The notes beneath the pieces were generated by a model, which was not told the origin of the DNA, ran no database searches, and worked only from the letters and a program-made list of their open reading frames with translations. From Octopus vulgaris (Eukaryota), in contig OX597830.1 of the NCBI GenBank assembly GCA_951406725.2, positions 27,652,001 to 27,716,000 on the forward strand: a stretch of 64,000 nt of DNA, given 5' to 3'. Each line of letters begins with the position of its first letter. Position 1 is the first letter of the stretch. Shown in pieces: positions 1 through 14,600 of the stretch. The position numbers and the translations under genes are program-made.

Positions 1-195
1 TATAATATAACTACAGATAAATAGATAGACAGTTAGATGTGTTGCTAGCTAGCAAGCTAGATAATGATGGCTCGGCATAAAAACAGTGACAGGTATAATG
101 TTCATCATGATTGTAATGATGATAATAATAATATCTATAACAGCAAAAATGATAGTAATAATAAAAGTCTATACAATACAATCCGACATCTCTAT

Positions 196-294
<99 letters not shown>

Positions 295-310
295 CCTATC
301 ATCTATCAAT
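196..310. repeat. (TCTA)n tetranucleotide microsatellite
   Basis: Direct reading of the tandem ctat array. Confidence 0.97.
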
Positions 311-503
311 TTATCTATCTATATTTCTACCTATCTTTCTCTATATACATATATGTATGTATTTATGTATGTATACAGACACAAAAATGCACACACACAG
401 GCACACACACATACATATGCATTCGTACACAGATATATATACATAAACATGCATATGAATAAGTCGGCGAATAGATAAATAGATACACTCTTATGTGTAT
501 GAC

Positions 504-507
<4 letters not shown>

Positions 508-543
<36 letters not shown>

Positions 544-570
544 GCTTATATACTTGTATATATATATATG

Positions 571-634
<64 letters not shown>

Positions 635-846
635 CATATATATACATATATATATATACATATATATACATATATATATATACATATATATATATGTATA
701 TATATATGTATATATATATGTATATATATATATATATGTATATATATATACATACACATATACATGTGTAAAAGCATAAATTTCATGCATATGCATACAC
801 ACACACACATATATGTGTGTGTAATTGTGTATGTGTGTGTATTTCT

Positions 847-893
<47 letters not shown>
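508..893. repeat. Compound (TA)n / (TG)n microsatellite block
   Basis: Interrupted TA tract followed by a TG tract; representative of dozens of such blocks in the window. Confidence 0.95.
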
Positions 894-895
<2 letters not shown>

Positions 896-1701
896 GGTGT
901 ATAAAACCATACATCCATATACACAATTGGAAAAATAGATAGATGAGAAAATATTTGGGACAGATTTAGGATATTCCGCATTACTCTCCAGTAAAAGAAA
1001 AAAGAATTGGCGATGTATACAGATTAAAAGGAAGTTAAAAAGATTCGGTATTAAAAAGAAAACACTAAACAAAACAGCAGGAAACAACAAGAGCAATGAC
1101 AATGATAACATCAATATAATCGCGACGACCACCACGACGGTCACCGCCATCTTCACCGCTACGACCGCTGCCAACCACCGCCAACATTTTCAAAAACAAC
1201 GACAGCCACGTTACCAATAATATTATCAAGAACATTAAGAACATACAAAAACTATACAACAACATCAACATCAACAGCAATAACAACAAATGCTGCTACA
1301 ACAAAAATCAACATTAGTGCTATATTACCTACAACATTCTGAAATAGCTGCGAACAGCTGCCTTGATAACAAAATAAAAATAGGAGAAAATACGAATAAA
1401 AATAAGAAAGCAAAAAAAGAAAAAAGAACAAACGGCGTCATTATAATGGCGAGACATTTGAGGCAGTTAATGTTTCGTAAAACAATTTTTTAGAATACAC
1501 TATGCGTCGTATCTGCTTTTAACATGGAAGTTTGGTCAAAAGGGGAAGAGAAGACGATATATGTATGTACGTATGTTTATACGCATGTATGTATGAATGC
1601 ACATGCACACACAAACGCACACACATACATATATATGTATGTATATAAATGTATACGTATATATATATATAGGCATATACATATATATACATATATATGT
1701 A

Positions 1702-1745
<44 letters not shown>

Positions 1746-2243
1746 CAGTGTACTTATGTGTCTTATGCGCTCATACACACAGATATGTATATCTAAGTAG
1801 TGTATTTATGTGTGTGTGCGTGATTATATGCATGTGTGATTGTGTGTGCGTGTGTACACGAATGTATGGGGATATATGCGTATACTTAAATAAATAAATA
1901 AATACGTAAATAAATAAATAAGCATTAACAATGTTTTCATCAGAAATATATTCCTCTCTAAAATCGAAACACAAAAATATAAAGTAAATCCAAAAACAAA
2001 CAGAAAAGTGTACAGAAAAAAAAATAGCAACTAAAAAAAAATCGAAAGACAAACAGAAACGTAAGACATCGTAGGTTACTTGAAATATTTGGTAAAGTTA
2101 TCGCATTATGCATGGAATCTTACAAGACGATTCTGACTTCATTCGTTGCAAATAATTCCTTAAAAGAAAATTTATCTTCTTTTTTTCCCCTGTGATTTCT
2201 TTTCAAATTTATCTAATCAAATATTTTGCACACTTGCACATTC

Positions 2244-2278
<35 letters not shown>

Positions 2279-2465
2279 ACAGCGGCATGCGTATTCAGAT
2301 TCATGTATAGATATATGTATGTAGCATCCATCCTTACATTCAAACATACATATATACATACATACATGCATACATACATACATACATACATACATACATA
2401 CATACATACATGCATACATATATACTTACATACTTACATACATACATAGATACATACATATGCAT

Positions 2466-2519
<54 letters not shown>

Positions 2520-2636
2520 ATAGATATTTGTATGTTTGCTTATATCTACCTACAAATATACACCCATGCATACACACGTGCAAATACACGTGCACACGCA
2601 CACACATGCACTTACACACACATGCACTCACACTCA

Positions 2637-2669
<33 letters not shown>

Positions 2670-3773
2670 CTCTATATATATATATTATACTTATGTTCCT
2701 TCTAGAAATACATGTGGATCGCCCGCTACGTTTAATATATGCCTATATGTATTTTAATATGTATATATTAATAAGATCCTGATTTTCTTTTGTTAATCAG
2801 GTTTAATCATGTAATAATCAATATATCAATTCACTGAAGTTGATAATACTTTTTATCTTGTTCCTCCAGTTTTTTTCCAAGTACTTTTTACAAAGATATT
2901 CCATGTTATTGCAAGGCATTTTATTTCTGCATTGATTTTATCATTCTAATTGTGCCACGGATTTAAATCATTTTAGGTCAACTGTGAAATGATTTGAAAT
3001 TCATGCTGGTTGTAAATGGTTAGTTTCACCACTACAGCGTATAGCTCCTTACGTTTGTAGCAGTATAGATCCCGATTCATGAGTATTACTCATCCAGAAA
3101 TTCAATTGTTTCCGGACACAATATATTAACGCCTGCCTTTATATGTTTTAGTAGACTTGTTACTACTAAGACATGGATTTAAAATCATACACCTACACTC
3201 TGAATACATTGTCAACCAAGTGGCTGACTTGTTTAACTCTATTATATCCTAACCAGGAAGAAATGAGTTAACGGTATCAAAAAATATACATGCATACAGC
3301 TATTTTGAAAGTTAAATCTCACCACAGAATTGATTCGTGCGTAGAATGGACAAATAACTACAAGAACAAATTGCGAGTCAGAGATGAAATGAAATAAAGA
3401 GATAGGAGAGAAGCAGCTGGCAATGCTAAGTTATACGACTAGTTTACAATTTCTGTACACCTCATGTCTCTTTGTGTCAGGTTTGAAAACAATACATTGA
3501 TGTTCATGATACATACACCATTGCTATATATAGTATTCGAATAATTCTCAAAGGAGAGAAAGAAACTACACTTCATTTTCCATGAAAAGACAACAAAAGC
3601 CAGTGGATATTTGAAGAGAGCAACGCAGAAACATGAACTCAACTACTACTAAAAATACTGGAAAAATCTCCGATTCAGCTAAAGTATCGCAGACACACAC
3701 ACAGTCTTAATATTTAAAGCAAATATTTTCCAATATCTAGTTCATTAGCAACAGATTCATTGTCATTATTTGT

Positions 3774-5070
3774 AGAAGGACCCTATCTACAAGAGAGCTT
3801 CTCGAGTAATTCTCTTTGTGAGAGAAACCCTGACCAGCGTATAGATACTTGGTTTATGTACTTCAGACTGGTACTTGATAAAACAGAGCTACGCAACAAG
3901 AAACTTGAGTGCGCTCCTTTTCTCGATGACAAATAGCAGACGTTCTGCCAAATCAGACTGCTTCAAAATGTTTCAAATGATTATGAAGTAAGAGACACGA
4001 GGTCCAGATAACATCCCAACTGTCATCTGGAGGAATCCGCTCTTCCACAAATATCTGTTGGTTTCTGTAACGAGGTCTATTAGAATACAAACCAATAATC
4101 CTCTGGAAGTCTTTAATTATTCCACTTCTAAAATAAGGTGATCTACATCTTCGTTAAAACTGCAGAGGAATCACATTCTCACCTCTCCAAATATCCGCAG
4201 TCCTATGCCCCATAACAGAATTTCTACTCTTATTCATTTAACCCTAATACAGAACAAAAACGTTTTCCATAAATGTAGATCGATGCTACCAGTGATCTGA
4301 AAGCGTGTGATGGTACCAAGAGAAAGGCAATGTTTCATATCCTGTTGGATCGATATCTCAGATGAGATTGTGAAAGCCATAATGATCACGTACAAAAATC
4401 CATCAATCGTTGTGCAAAGCACAGATAATTATGACTAAAGGTTTTCCAAGAACTGCAGAAATCGTTATGGAAGACACTCCAGTTGTGTATCTCTCTTTCT
4501 GAATATGGTGCACTAAATTCCCAGATAAAGCATTAACACCATGCAAGACAAATGCATCTCTGTCAGGCAGAGGTGATCGAGAGGTTTGCAGGTCCTTTAT
4601 GTCTCTGATCCTGACTACGCTAATAGTGTGCTCACGGGTCACCACGTATGCGTTGTGCGGGTCTTGCGATTCTTGTTCCCGTCCCTTGAGGATGCTACAG
4701 CCACAGTAGGCGAGTTTCTTTATGCAAAGAAGATTGAAAACGTAACTATCAATGGGGGATGAAGCCGATTTGTTTCAACGATGGGACACAACTCAAGTTA
4801 GTTAGTACTTTCAAGTCCCCTGTGTATTACTGGAAGACTTTTTGACATGCAAAGGACTACACTGTAGCAAGGTTCAAAACATTTGGTAACCAATAATTTC
4901 AAAGTCAACAAGATTCTCTCGATGGCTTATATAGAGAGCATTCTTATTCTATCGACTCAAAATTTGGCCAATGAAGAGGGACGTACACCAATCTTCTGAT
5001 GAGAGCTGAAATCGTCTCATTTCAAGAAAAGAAAACTGAAGAGATTTATTGAATGCAACGCATTTTTTCA
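3774..5070 (+). pseudogene. Decayed non-LTR retrotransposon reverse transcriptase (RTE-like LINE remnant)
   Basis: Manual translation across stops and frameshifts gives TRGPDNIPTVIWRNP...WKSLIIPLLK*GDLHLR*NCRGITFSP...QNKNVFHKCRS. This matches the LINE RT motifs GPDxIP, IIPLPKKGD, NYRGITL and QNGFRxxRS. Confidence 0.75.
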
Positions 5071-5928
5071 TATCATAAGATAGTCTTTGCTAACCACTAC
5101 TATCATCGCTGTAAAACATTTAGTTTTCTAAATTTTGTAACATTGTAGAGGACGAATATCACACAGGTACATTGGTATTACTGATGGAGACACAATACAA
5201 AATTGAAAACTTACCAAAGCTAATGAAGGGCAGCGATTCACATCCCAGATGCAGTTGCTTAAGGAAGACTATATAACATTTCTTTTGAACAGATTCGAGT
5301 TAATATATGAATGTTTTGAATTAGACACTATTTTCGTTTTGTTCATGGAATCTTTTTGACTCCTTTACGTATAAAACATTCCATGTCATTTTTTAAAATA
5401 TCATACCCCCCCCCGCCACACACGCACACACAAGTACACTTAATATTTGAAACCTATATTTTCCAATGTCTAGTTCATTAGCATCAGATTCATTGTCATT
5501 ATTTGTTCTCCATACCAACTATATCTTCATTCACTTCCTATTACCCAAACAATTCCTTAGTTTCTTCAACAACAAATCCATCCAGTCCCTCACAGCGGGG
5601 TTTTATTAATTAACTCTGAGCTTAAAGCTTTCCATTATTTCCTTTCATGTTAACCAGGTTACGTACTCTTCCAGCGTGAGATTTGGAAAGTTATTTTACT
5701 TTAACGATTTAACATTGTAATTACCTTCATGAATTTCAGAATATTTCTTCTTTTCAATACCTCTAGTATATTAAGTTGGATTACTTGTATTCAATTCACT
5801 AGTTTTGATAAAAAGAATAAATAATTTATCTTAAAATGACTCATTATGCTTTGATTTACTGGTTTGATAAGTTATGTAAAATTGGGTGGCTTGAACAGAA
5901 CAACAGCTTAAGGGTGTTTTAAGCCATT

Positions 5929-6318
5929 GCAATGAGAATCGTTACTACGCCGGGCGAAATGCTTAGCGTCTGCCGTTACGTTCTGAGTTCAAATTCCGCC
6001 AAGGTCGACTTTGCCTTTCATCCTTTCGGGGTCGGTAAATTAAGTACCAGTTGCGCACTGGGGTCTGGTAATCGACTTAATACGTTTGTCTGTCCTTGTT
6101 TGTCCACTCTGTGTTTAGCCCCTTGTGGGTAGTAAAGAAATAGCTATTTCATCTGTCTTTACGTTCTGCGTTCAAATTCCGCCGAGGTCGATTTTGCCTT
6201 TCATCCTTTCTGGGTCGATAAATTAAGTGCCAGTTTCGTACATGAGTCGATCTAAGCCACTGGCCCCCTCCTCCAAAGTTTCGGGCCTTGTGCCTAGAGT
6301 AGAAAAGAATATTATTGT
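5929..6318 (+). mobile_element. SINE family A, dimeric copy (tRNA-like head, duplicated GCCTTTCATCCTTTCGGGGTCGATAAATTAAGTACCAG core)
   Basis: B-box-like GAGTTCAAATTCC; core present twice; tail GGCCTTGTGCCTAGAGTAGAAAAG; many related copies in the window. Confidence 0.9.
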
Positions 6319-6548
6319 ATTGCTTTACAGAACATAAATTTTCTTCAATTGTTTTAACTATTCATCACAAAAATTCTTCAGTTATTTTCTTATCACATGA
6401 CCCATTTTTACCGTGTAATTTGGTATTATGTAGGAAGCATTATTCAAAAAAATTTCAAGCTATTTTTTATTGCCTGAAAATTTAGGTTATAGTTGAGTAG
6501 ATGCTTGATATATAATATCGATTAGATTAAAAATTCCTTTAAGCCATT

Positions 6549-6908
6549 GCAATGAGAATCATTAGCACGCCGGCCGAAATGCTTAGTGTCTGCCGTTACG
6601 TTCTGAGTTCAAATTCCGCCGAGGTCGATAAACTAAGTACCAGTTACGCACTGGGGTCGAGGTAATCGACTTAATCCGTTTGTCTGTCCTTGTTTGTTCA
6701 CTCTGTGTTTAGCCCCTTGTAGGTAGTAAAGAAATAGGTATTTCGCCTGCCTTTACGTTCTGAGTTCAGATTCCGCCGAGGTCGACTTTGAGCTTTTCAT
6801 CTTTCGGGGTCGATAAATTAAGTACTCGTCGTGTACTGGGGCCGATCTAATAGACTGGCTCATCCCCCAAAATTTCAGGCCTTGTGCTTAGATCAGAAAA
6901 GAATATTG
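6549..6908 (+). mobile_element. SINE family A, dimeric copy with internal deletion
   Basis: Collinear with 5929-6318. Confidence 0.9.
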
Positions 6909-7912
6909 GATAACCAAAAACGCTACGTGGCTGTGTTGAATCTGTAATGGTTATGATAGTTCTGCTTTCTGAAAACCGCAGAACAATTTCAGGGCAGTTC
7001 TTTGTTATAATTACAGAAGGAAAAATCATGATTGTGGTAGTGCTGGGTAGAAGGCTTATCTGGTATACTTGTGGCTGTGAAAGCTACGTAAGGTGTTTTT
7101 AATCAGAGGAGTTAGAAAAACACAGGGACAGATAGAAATAAAACCAAGCGGTTCCGGTTGAGCTACCGGTCGCAACACCGAAGATTGTTGTATATATTCG
7201 TCTTATTTTGGAAACCAAAAGTCAACGACCATGAGTGACACTGCCTCATTTTGTGGGTATGAGGACATGGAAAGTGAGTGTCAAAATACTGGAGATGTTA
7301 TAAAAAAGAACTGAAACAAACGAAAGATTTCTCAACCCCAGCAAAAAGGAAGAAAGATCCTTCTATATAAAAAAAAGACAAGAAAAGGTCAACCCCAAGA
7401 GACAACATTCAGGAGAGAGTAATAGAGGTCTACGTTCTCCACTTGGACGCCATGAAATTCACGTCACTGAGAACATCTAACGGGAAAAAAGGTGGACTTT
7501 ATAAACAGAATGAAGGGCGTAGGTGTTTGAATCGACTTGACAAAGTAATGGTTTCGGAAGAAATCAGAACAGCGTACAAAGTTGAAGAGGAAGACTACTG
7601 TTGGTAACTATATCAAAAATATGTTGGCAATACTATTTGAGCTTCCAGCACAACATAGAAATCTCCTCTTCTGCACTCGGCTCTCGAACTGTTCATGGAT
7701 TTGTTCAAAACGGAACAAACCAATTGACTTAAGAAAGGAATATACACAGGGCTATTTGACAAGAGTGGAGGCGCGTGTCTTATTAACCACACAGCCAGGC
7801 CTATTCTTAACGGCTGTTATCCTCTCCTCGTTTTTATATAATTTTCCTAAGACCAACAAACGCCTTGGGACATTTGTAACCTTTTTGTATAACTTCTGTT
7901 CTTATTTGTAAG

Positions 7913-8216
7913 GCAATGAGAATCGTTAGCACGCCGGGCGAAATGCTTAGCGTCTGCCGTTACGTTCTGAGTTCAAATTCCGCCGAGGTCGACTTTGCCT
8001 TTCATCCTTTCGGGGTCGGTAAATTAAGTACCAGTTGCGCACTGGGGTCTGGTAATCGACTTAATCCGTTTGTCTGTCCTTGTTTGTCCACTCTGTGTTT
8101 AGCCCCTTGTAGGTAGTAAAGAAATAGCTATTTCATTTGTCTTTACGTTCTGCGTTCAAATTCCGCCGAGGTCGATTTTGCCTTTCATCCTTTCTGGGTC
8201 GATAAATTAAGTGCCA
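7913..8216 (+). mobile_element. SINE family A, dimeric copy, 3'-truncated
   Basis: Nearly identical to 5929-6232. Confidence 0.9.
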
Positions 8217-8524
8217 TCATAATGGAGAACATTGTTAAGTAGATTTCCTCTCAACTTTTGTCTATATTTTTTTGGCTGTTTTACTGTACCGCCTCCCCGC
8301 TCTGCGCGAGAACACACATACACGCGCAAGCATAAACCCCTGCACACACACACTTACATACATACGTAAACACATATATAGGAGGCTGCTATTTAATTTC
8401 ATTCACTACTCCGAGTTTCTCGTACGATGCAATTCATCATGCTTCATACACCGTGTTCAAACCAACCGGGGAAACTCAGAGTACGTATGTAATTAATCTC
8501 CAGTTTCATATCGATGCCTATAGA

Positions 8525-8740
8525 CGAGGGGTTGCCGAAAAGTTTCCCGGCTTTCGGGGTAGGGGTCGAGAAAGACCTGGTTGGAGGCCTAAACTTCGGG
8601 TTTCTTTTACAGGGCTTAGAAAAAGTGAGACCGCCGCTGTGTGTGAATCTGAGAAGGAAATATGTTACACGAACCCTTAATCAACTGATCTTCCTGTATG
8701 TTCTTTTACCCAAAGCCAGGAACTTCCAGCACCCTCCTCG
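8525..8740 (+). mobile_element. Mariner-derived MITE
   Basis: Ends CGAGGGGTTGCCGAAAAGTTTCCCGGCTT and AAGCCAGGAACTTCCAGCACCCTCCTCG|TA form imperfect TIRs. The interior is a degenerate mariner transposase C-terminus, same family as 48373-48585. Confidence 0.75.
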
Positions 8741-8976
8741 TAGTTTCCTCACTCTGACTACTTCCTTCCCCGTTTAGTCTTTTCTCTTTTCCCCCCCTTT
8801 CTTTCTCAGTATCTCTCTCCTCCCTCTCTCCCTTTTCAGCACAACTCACTGTTTCACTCCTTCACAAATCCCCACTCACATAACTTTTTTTTTATTCTGT
8901 CCACTATGCATCCTTCTTTCTCGTTCTCTCTGTCTTCGCCAGTCTGTTTGTCTCTCTCTCTTTCTCTCCTTCTCTC

Positions 8977-9048
<72 letters not shown>

Positions 9049-10058
9049 CATACGTACATATAACCCATTCTTTCTTCCCTTATCTTCCAGCAAATCTATC
9101 ACACCTTCTCATACTCAGTTTTTCTCCCTTAGTTTTCTCACAATTTCTAATCTGCTGCAGCTTCCTCCAATTCCCCTCTTTCTCTCCCACTATCCCCCTC
9201 TCTATTTCTCCCGTTCTTCCACACACGCACAAACATACACACACACAATAGCACGTACGCATTTATTATGTCTCTAGAGACAGTACTATATTAACACTCT
9301 TATTTGGATAATTTCCTTAAATTTTTTTTTTACCATTTTTCAATATGTCATTCAAATGCATCTTAAATAATCCAAATAAAATATTTATTTCACTTTTCAG
9401 CGTAACATTTCATGAACTCTATACATTCTCCCGCTTTCCCTCTCATTCTCTTTATCTCTTCTACTTCCCGTTCTCTCATTTTAAAAATTTTATTTTAACT
9501 GCAATTTTGTATTTGTTTGCTTACATATTTATTTAAATGTTTTTTTTTTGGTATTTCATATTTTATTTATCTAGCTTTTCTTTTCCTTTCTCTTTTCATT
9601 TTTACTACTTCGTTGTGTGGTTTACTTAAACCCGTCAATAATCGTTTTAAATTTAATTTTAAGCAAAACCACTTTTGGCTGAGACGCGTGTTATGGGTGT
9701 AAAATAGGATGAGGGGGGCGGTCTTAGGGTTAGGTGTGGCGGAAAGAGGAGGGAAAGAAGTGAAAGAAAGGAAAAGTGGAATAAAATAACACAGAGGAAC
9801 AAATTGGCAAAACAAGATTAAGATCAAAAATAAAATTTCAAAAAGAAAAATAAATAAATAAAATAAAATAAATAAAAATAGAAATGAAATAATGATTATT
9901 TTTAACATTGACAGAAAAACCACAAATTCTGGAGGAGAATCCATGTCGTTCAAATTGACCTCTGTTCTTTAATTTTATTTATTTTTCTAAGATCAGTGTG
10001 ATGAAAGGAAAAATAGATATGGTGGGATGTGACAGCAACGTTTAGTGAAATCTGATAC

Positions 10059-10437
10059 CTTTTACTTGTTTCAGTCATTAGACTGCGGCCATATTGGGGC
10101 ACCACCGTGAATGTTTTTCTAGTCGAATGAATGTACTTGCTCTATCGAGTCTCTTTTTATCGAACTGCCAAGTTACGATGACGCAAACACACTAACACCG
10201 GTTGTCAAGCGGTAGTGGTGGGACAAATACAAACTCAAAGACACACACACACACTTAGATATATACACTTATATATACGTCGGGCTTCTTTCAGTTTCCG
10301 TCTAACAAATCCACTCAAGACTTTGGTCGGCCCGAGGCTATAGCAGAAAACATCTGCCCAAAGTGCCACGCAGTGAGACTGAACCTGGAGCCATGTGATC
10401 GGGATGCAAGCTTCTTACCATACAGCCACACCTGCGC
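10059..10437 (-). mobile_element. SINE family B (tRNA head + CORE-like GGCACCTTGGGCAAGTG + internal microsatellite), near full length
   Basis: Reverse complement matches the full copy at 20464-20883. Confidence 0.9.
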
Positions 10438-10549
10438 ATAAATAAAAAAACAAATAAAAACAGTAGAAAGCCTTCCTGGCACTTTTTTACCCGGCATCCT
10501 TGCAATTTTCTTATTACCTTCAAATGGTATAAACTACTGTTTATAATAG

Positions 10550-10763
10550 TGGTTTCAAATTTTGACACAAGGCTAGCAATTTCGGGGTAGCAGATAAGTC
10601 GATTGCATCGATCCGAGTGCTCGACTGGTACTTATTTTATCGTTCTCCGAAAGGATAAAAGGAAAGGTCGACCTCCGTGTAATTTGAACGCAGAGCGTAA
10701 AGACGGACGAAATGCTGCTGAGCATTTAGCCCGGCGTGCTAACGATTCTGCCAGCTCACCACC
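10550..10763 (-). mobile_element. SINE family A monomer
   Basis: Reverse complement begins GGTGAGCTGGCAGAATCGTTAGCACGCCGGGC and contains the family A core and tail. Confidence 0.85.
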
Positions 10764-11417
10764 CTGTTACTGTTAAGAGTCACAAGGCTATAAAAAAAAT
10801 TATGGAGAAAATGTGAAGCCAGATAAACCATATCCAGTACACCACTGGTACTTCATTTATCAAGGTCCTGAAGGACGAGAAGCAAAGTAAATTTTGAAGG
10901 GATCTGAACTCAAAACACACATATTGATTAAATTGCCCCTTAGTTGCATAATCATCTACCTACTTTTAGATGCATGGAAGGGAAATTAGATAAGGTGAGA
11001 TGTGAAAGCAACATTTACAAACCTCGGTATTTTTTCGGCGCGCTGACATTTTTTATTTATCACCGCCTTAACAGATGGCACTCCTGGTAATAGCCTAAAC
11101 CCTAGGCTACAAATTAATTAAGCGGAAAGATATAACCTAATGTTTCTCAAAGTGGGTAGAGCCACGCCTAGGAAAATTTTATATGGATACTGGTGGCGAG
11201 GTCAAAAGTATTATATGGGTATTGGGGAAAAGGTGGATGGCGGTAGGCGATAGATACAGCTGTATAGCTCTTTAGTGTTTGTTTTCTATTCTAATATTTA
11301 AAAAAAATATTCAAATGTGATATAGTAGACTGCTTGTTAGCTACAGTCATAACAAATATTAGAATAATAAAGGCAGCAATGATAATTGAGATTCGAAGAG
11401 TGAACTGAATTCGAGTG

Positions 11418-11565
11418 TACGCTGAGTTCAAATTATGCTGAGGTCGGCTTTGCCTTTAATCCTTTCGGGGTCGATGAAATAAGTACCAGTCGAGTAATGG
11501 TGTTGATGTAATCGACTTACCCCTCCACCGAAATTGTTGGCCTTGTGCAAAAAATTGGAAACCAG
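11418..11565 (+). mobile_element. SINE family A, 5'-truncated
   Basis: GAGTTCAAATTATGCTGAGGTCGGCTTTGCCTTTAATCCTTTCGGGGTCGATGAAATAAGTACCAG core plus tail. Confidence 0.85.
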
Positions 11566-11599
11566 TACTAATCTTCTCTACTATAAAACCTTTTTTGGA

Positions 11600-13390
11600 A
11601 ACCCATGAAGCAGATTAAAACACGCCTACCTTCACAGCCATAGGTAAGCTGTGAGATAATCCTCACAATGGATTTGGATAATAACAGGATCCGAGCGGCA
11701 CGCAACTAGCTTTTGATATAATTATTCGCATCAGAAATGCCCTACGCAAGTAAAGAACTATTCGTAACTCAGCACACATTACAGTTAGGTTCGACTGACA
11801 AAGAAATCTTGCTTGCATGTCCTTCCGTAGAACTGCCAAACCAGAGATTTCTGGAAATTGTTCATAGTTCTCGTGTTGAAACTCCTTTGGAATAAGCTTT
11901 TCAGGTTATTTCGTTGACGCTCATACTGTCCCCAAGAGTTGAAAGACCAGCGGGAGAATCGCTCTACTGATAGAACATTGTCAGTGACGAAAACTCTCTA
12001 GAAGCCATCCAGCTAATGTTTCGCTTCACTTGACCTAGATTTCCTACGCTTTCAAAGAGACAAGCTAGGAGAAAAAAAAGAAGAAAAATACTTCACAAAC
12101 ATCGACCACACTATATCATACGGGAATCCTTCAGGAACCGTTGTAGGAGTCGTATTTTCGGCGAATATTTACACATCACGAGCCGTGACATACCGAAACC
12201 TTCGTTCGGAGTATAGTGGCAGCATGTGTATTTTCTGATTAATGAATATCATCCTTTCTAAAAGAAGCCAAAAGAAAAAAAAAAAGAAAACACCGCTCTA
12301 GTTTGGCCATATGAGAAGTTGGCCAGAACATGCATGTCTGACTGGTGGAATTAAATAATGGAGTCAATGTATGCCTCCTCCTTTTTTTTTATTACCGCCA
12401 TATGCACACGACATATCAGGAAGAACTTCCTTTCTCAGCTCATTCTTAGGCGAATCTGGGGATTCTGCCCACAACTTTGCTCCATTTCCTACATGCGAAG
12501 GTGTTTGGTTGTAGCCAACCCTTGCGCATCTCAAAAGAGCCCACGGAATTGAGATCCGTAATGTTGGTAGGCTATAACAGGGCTCTTGAAGTGTCAAGCT
12601 ATGAAGCCCTCTTTGGTAAAGCATGCTCCTATAACTACCTAATAAATTGAAGTGCCAACCGCTTGAATTTCCCTATCGTATCTGGCAGCATGGTGACATC
12701 TTCAGTGTATGGTGACAGAAATATCTCGTGTCTCAATTTAACAAAATGTTTAACTCTGCCTTCAGCAATGGTGTGAAATGGAAATTGTAAAGAACTACCT
12801 CTTGTACGCCTTCCTTTTCAAATCTTCTTACGTACCGTCTAACAATACTGGAAATTATTCCTGTTTGTCGTCTGCGGCCATCGACGTCTGCCATAAGAAG
12901 GCCTAACAGATATCGACGTAATCAGGCCCATCACACCAGACGATTTAACCCCCCACTGCCATTCATTACAATACTTATCTCAGCTGCTGTAATAGGCTTT
13001 TCCAAACCATGCAACACATCTGCTGAGTGATGTTGCAGGCCGTCGAGTTACGTATCAAAATCCACCATTATTATAGTCACTACCCTCGTGCGGTTGGAAA
13101 AATCTACTCAAAGTTTATACACTTCTACCTGAAATGGAAAAGATGCGACCGTCGAATCCACCAAAGAACTAATTGTAGCTTACTTATCAGTCCGCGTCTC
13201 TGCTGCTCGATCATAGCGAACAGTTCTTTCCCGTTCTTTGCGTTACCAGTTCTTTGCACTACGAGGGCTAAAGCGCTAGCGCTTTAGCTCACGTAACGCA
13301 AGCATTTTAAAAGAGTCGATTGCAATTTTAGCTGCGAACGCGTCCACCGGGATGTCTTCCATATATCACTTCTTGTCTGTTGTTTAGCTG
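11600..13390 (-). pseudogene. Highly decayed L1/Tx1-like LINE ORF2 remnant
   Basis: Minus-strand fragments LHGLEKPITAAEISIVMNG..KSSG (cf. LExPITxxEI...KSPGxDG) and FLSPYTEDVTML (cf. SAYADDVT). Many stops; boundaries approximate. Confidence 0.55.
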
Positions 13391-13496
13391 AACACTTAAC
13401 CTTTTGTTGTTATCTTATCCATCGGTATATGATGAATGACAAAGTCAACCTTGACGAATTTGATCTCAGAACGTGAAGCCTAACAAAATGCCGTCC

Positions 13497-13506
13497 ACTA
13501 CTACTA

Positions 13507-13550
<44 letters not shown>

Positions 13551-13745
13551 ACTCCACCTCCTCCTCCTCCTCCTCCTACTAGTACTACTACTACTACTAC
13601 TACTGCTCCTCCTCCTCCTCCTCCTCCTACTACTACTACTGAACCACCACCACCACCACCACCACCACCACCGCCACCACCACTACCACCACCACCACCA
13701 CCACCACCACTACTACTACTACTATTACTACTACTACTACTGATG
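13497..13745. repeat. Compound trinucleotide repeat (CTA/CTG/CTC/CCA)n
   Basis: Direct reading. Confidence 0.95.
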
Positions 13746-13904
13746 ATGGTGATGATATAGGTAGAGGAAAAAAATTCGGGTAGCGAGGAGTTAGTCGATT
13801 AAATCGAATCCAGCACTTCACACATAATTATGTCCCCAAAAAAAAACGACGACGACGACGACGACAACACCACCACCAACAAGAATGGCCTTAAGTGAGG
13901 ACTG

Positions 13905-13941
<37 letters not shown>

Positions 13942-14408
13942 CTCGTTGTTAATGTAGTTATTGTTGCTCTTGTTGATTTTTATTGAAAAGAAAATGGTGT
14001 ATAATGCAAGGGATTATGATGATGATGATGATGATTACGACGATGATTATGATGATGATGATCATGATGATGATGATGATGATCATACTTTATTGTATTT
14101 ATATAGGGTAATAAGACAAAAACCTTTATTGTTCTGTCTACTTTCTAACTATTAGCTAAACTTCAATTTAGAATTTTTTTTTTATTCGTATCTTTGAATT
14201 TTAAAAATAAAATTGATTCGTCTTCCTTCTAAATGTTTCCTGTTTAATATTTTATATTTATTATATTTATTTCAAAACTAGAAGCTTTCCTTTTTTTAAA
14301 AAACAAAAAAACAAAAGAAAAAGAATAAAAACAGAAAGATAATAATGAGAAGTAAAGGAATCCGATTGAAATTTATATTTCAAGTATGTAGACACACACG
14401 TATATATG

Positions 14409-14600
<192 letters not shown>

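Noticed and set aside
4990-5020. CTGATGAGAGCTGAAATCGTC hammerhead-like string
   Set aside because: Only 5 nt lie between CUGAUGA and GAAA, so there is no stem II; it sits within the LINE remnant.
7040-7910. Complex sequence with a 109-aa ORF (7582-7911); similarly 19020-19720
   Set aside because: Probably old LINE debris, but I could not identify diagnostic motifs.
9713-9745. GGGGGCGG GC box and TTAGGGTTTAGG telomere-like motif
   Set aside because: Too short to support a promoter or an interstitial telomere call.
13473-13760. Poly-Thr/Ala/Pro ORF resembling a formin or extensin segment
   Set aside because: It is a compound trinucleotide repeat that starts inside a SINE A fragment.
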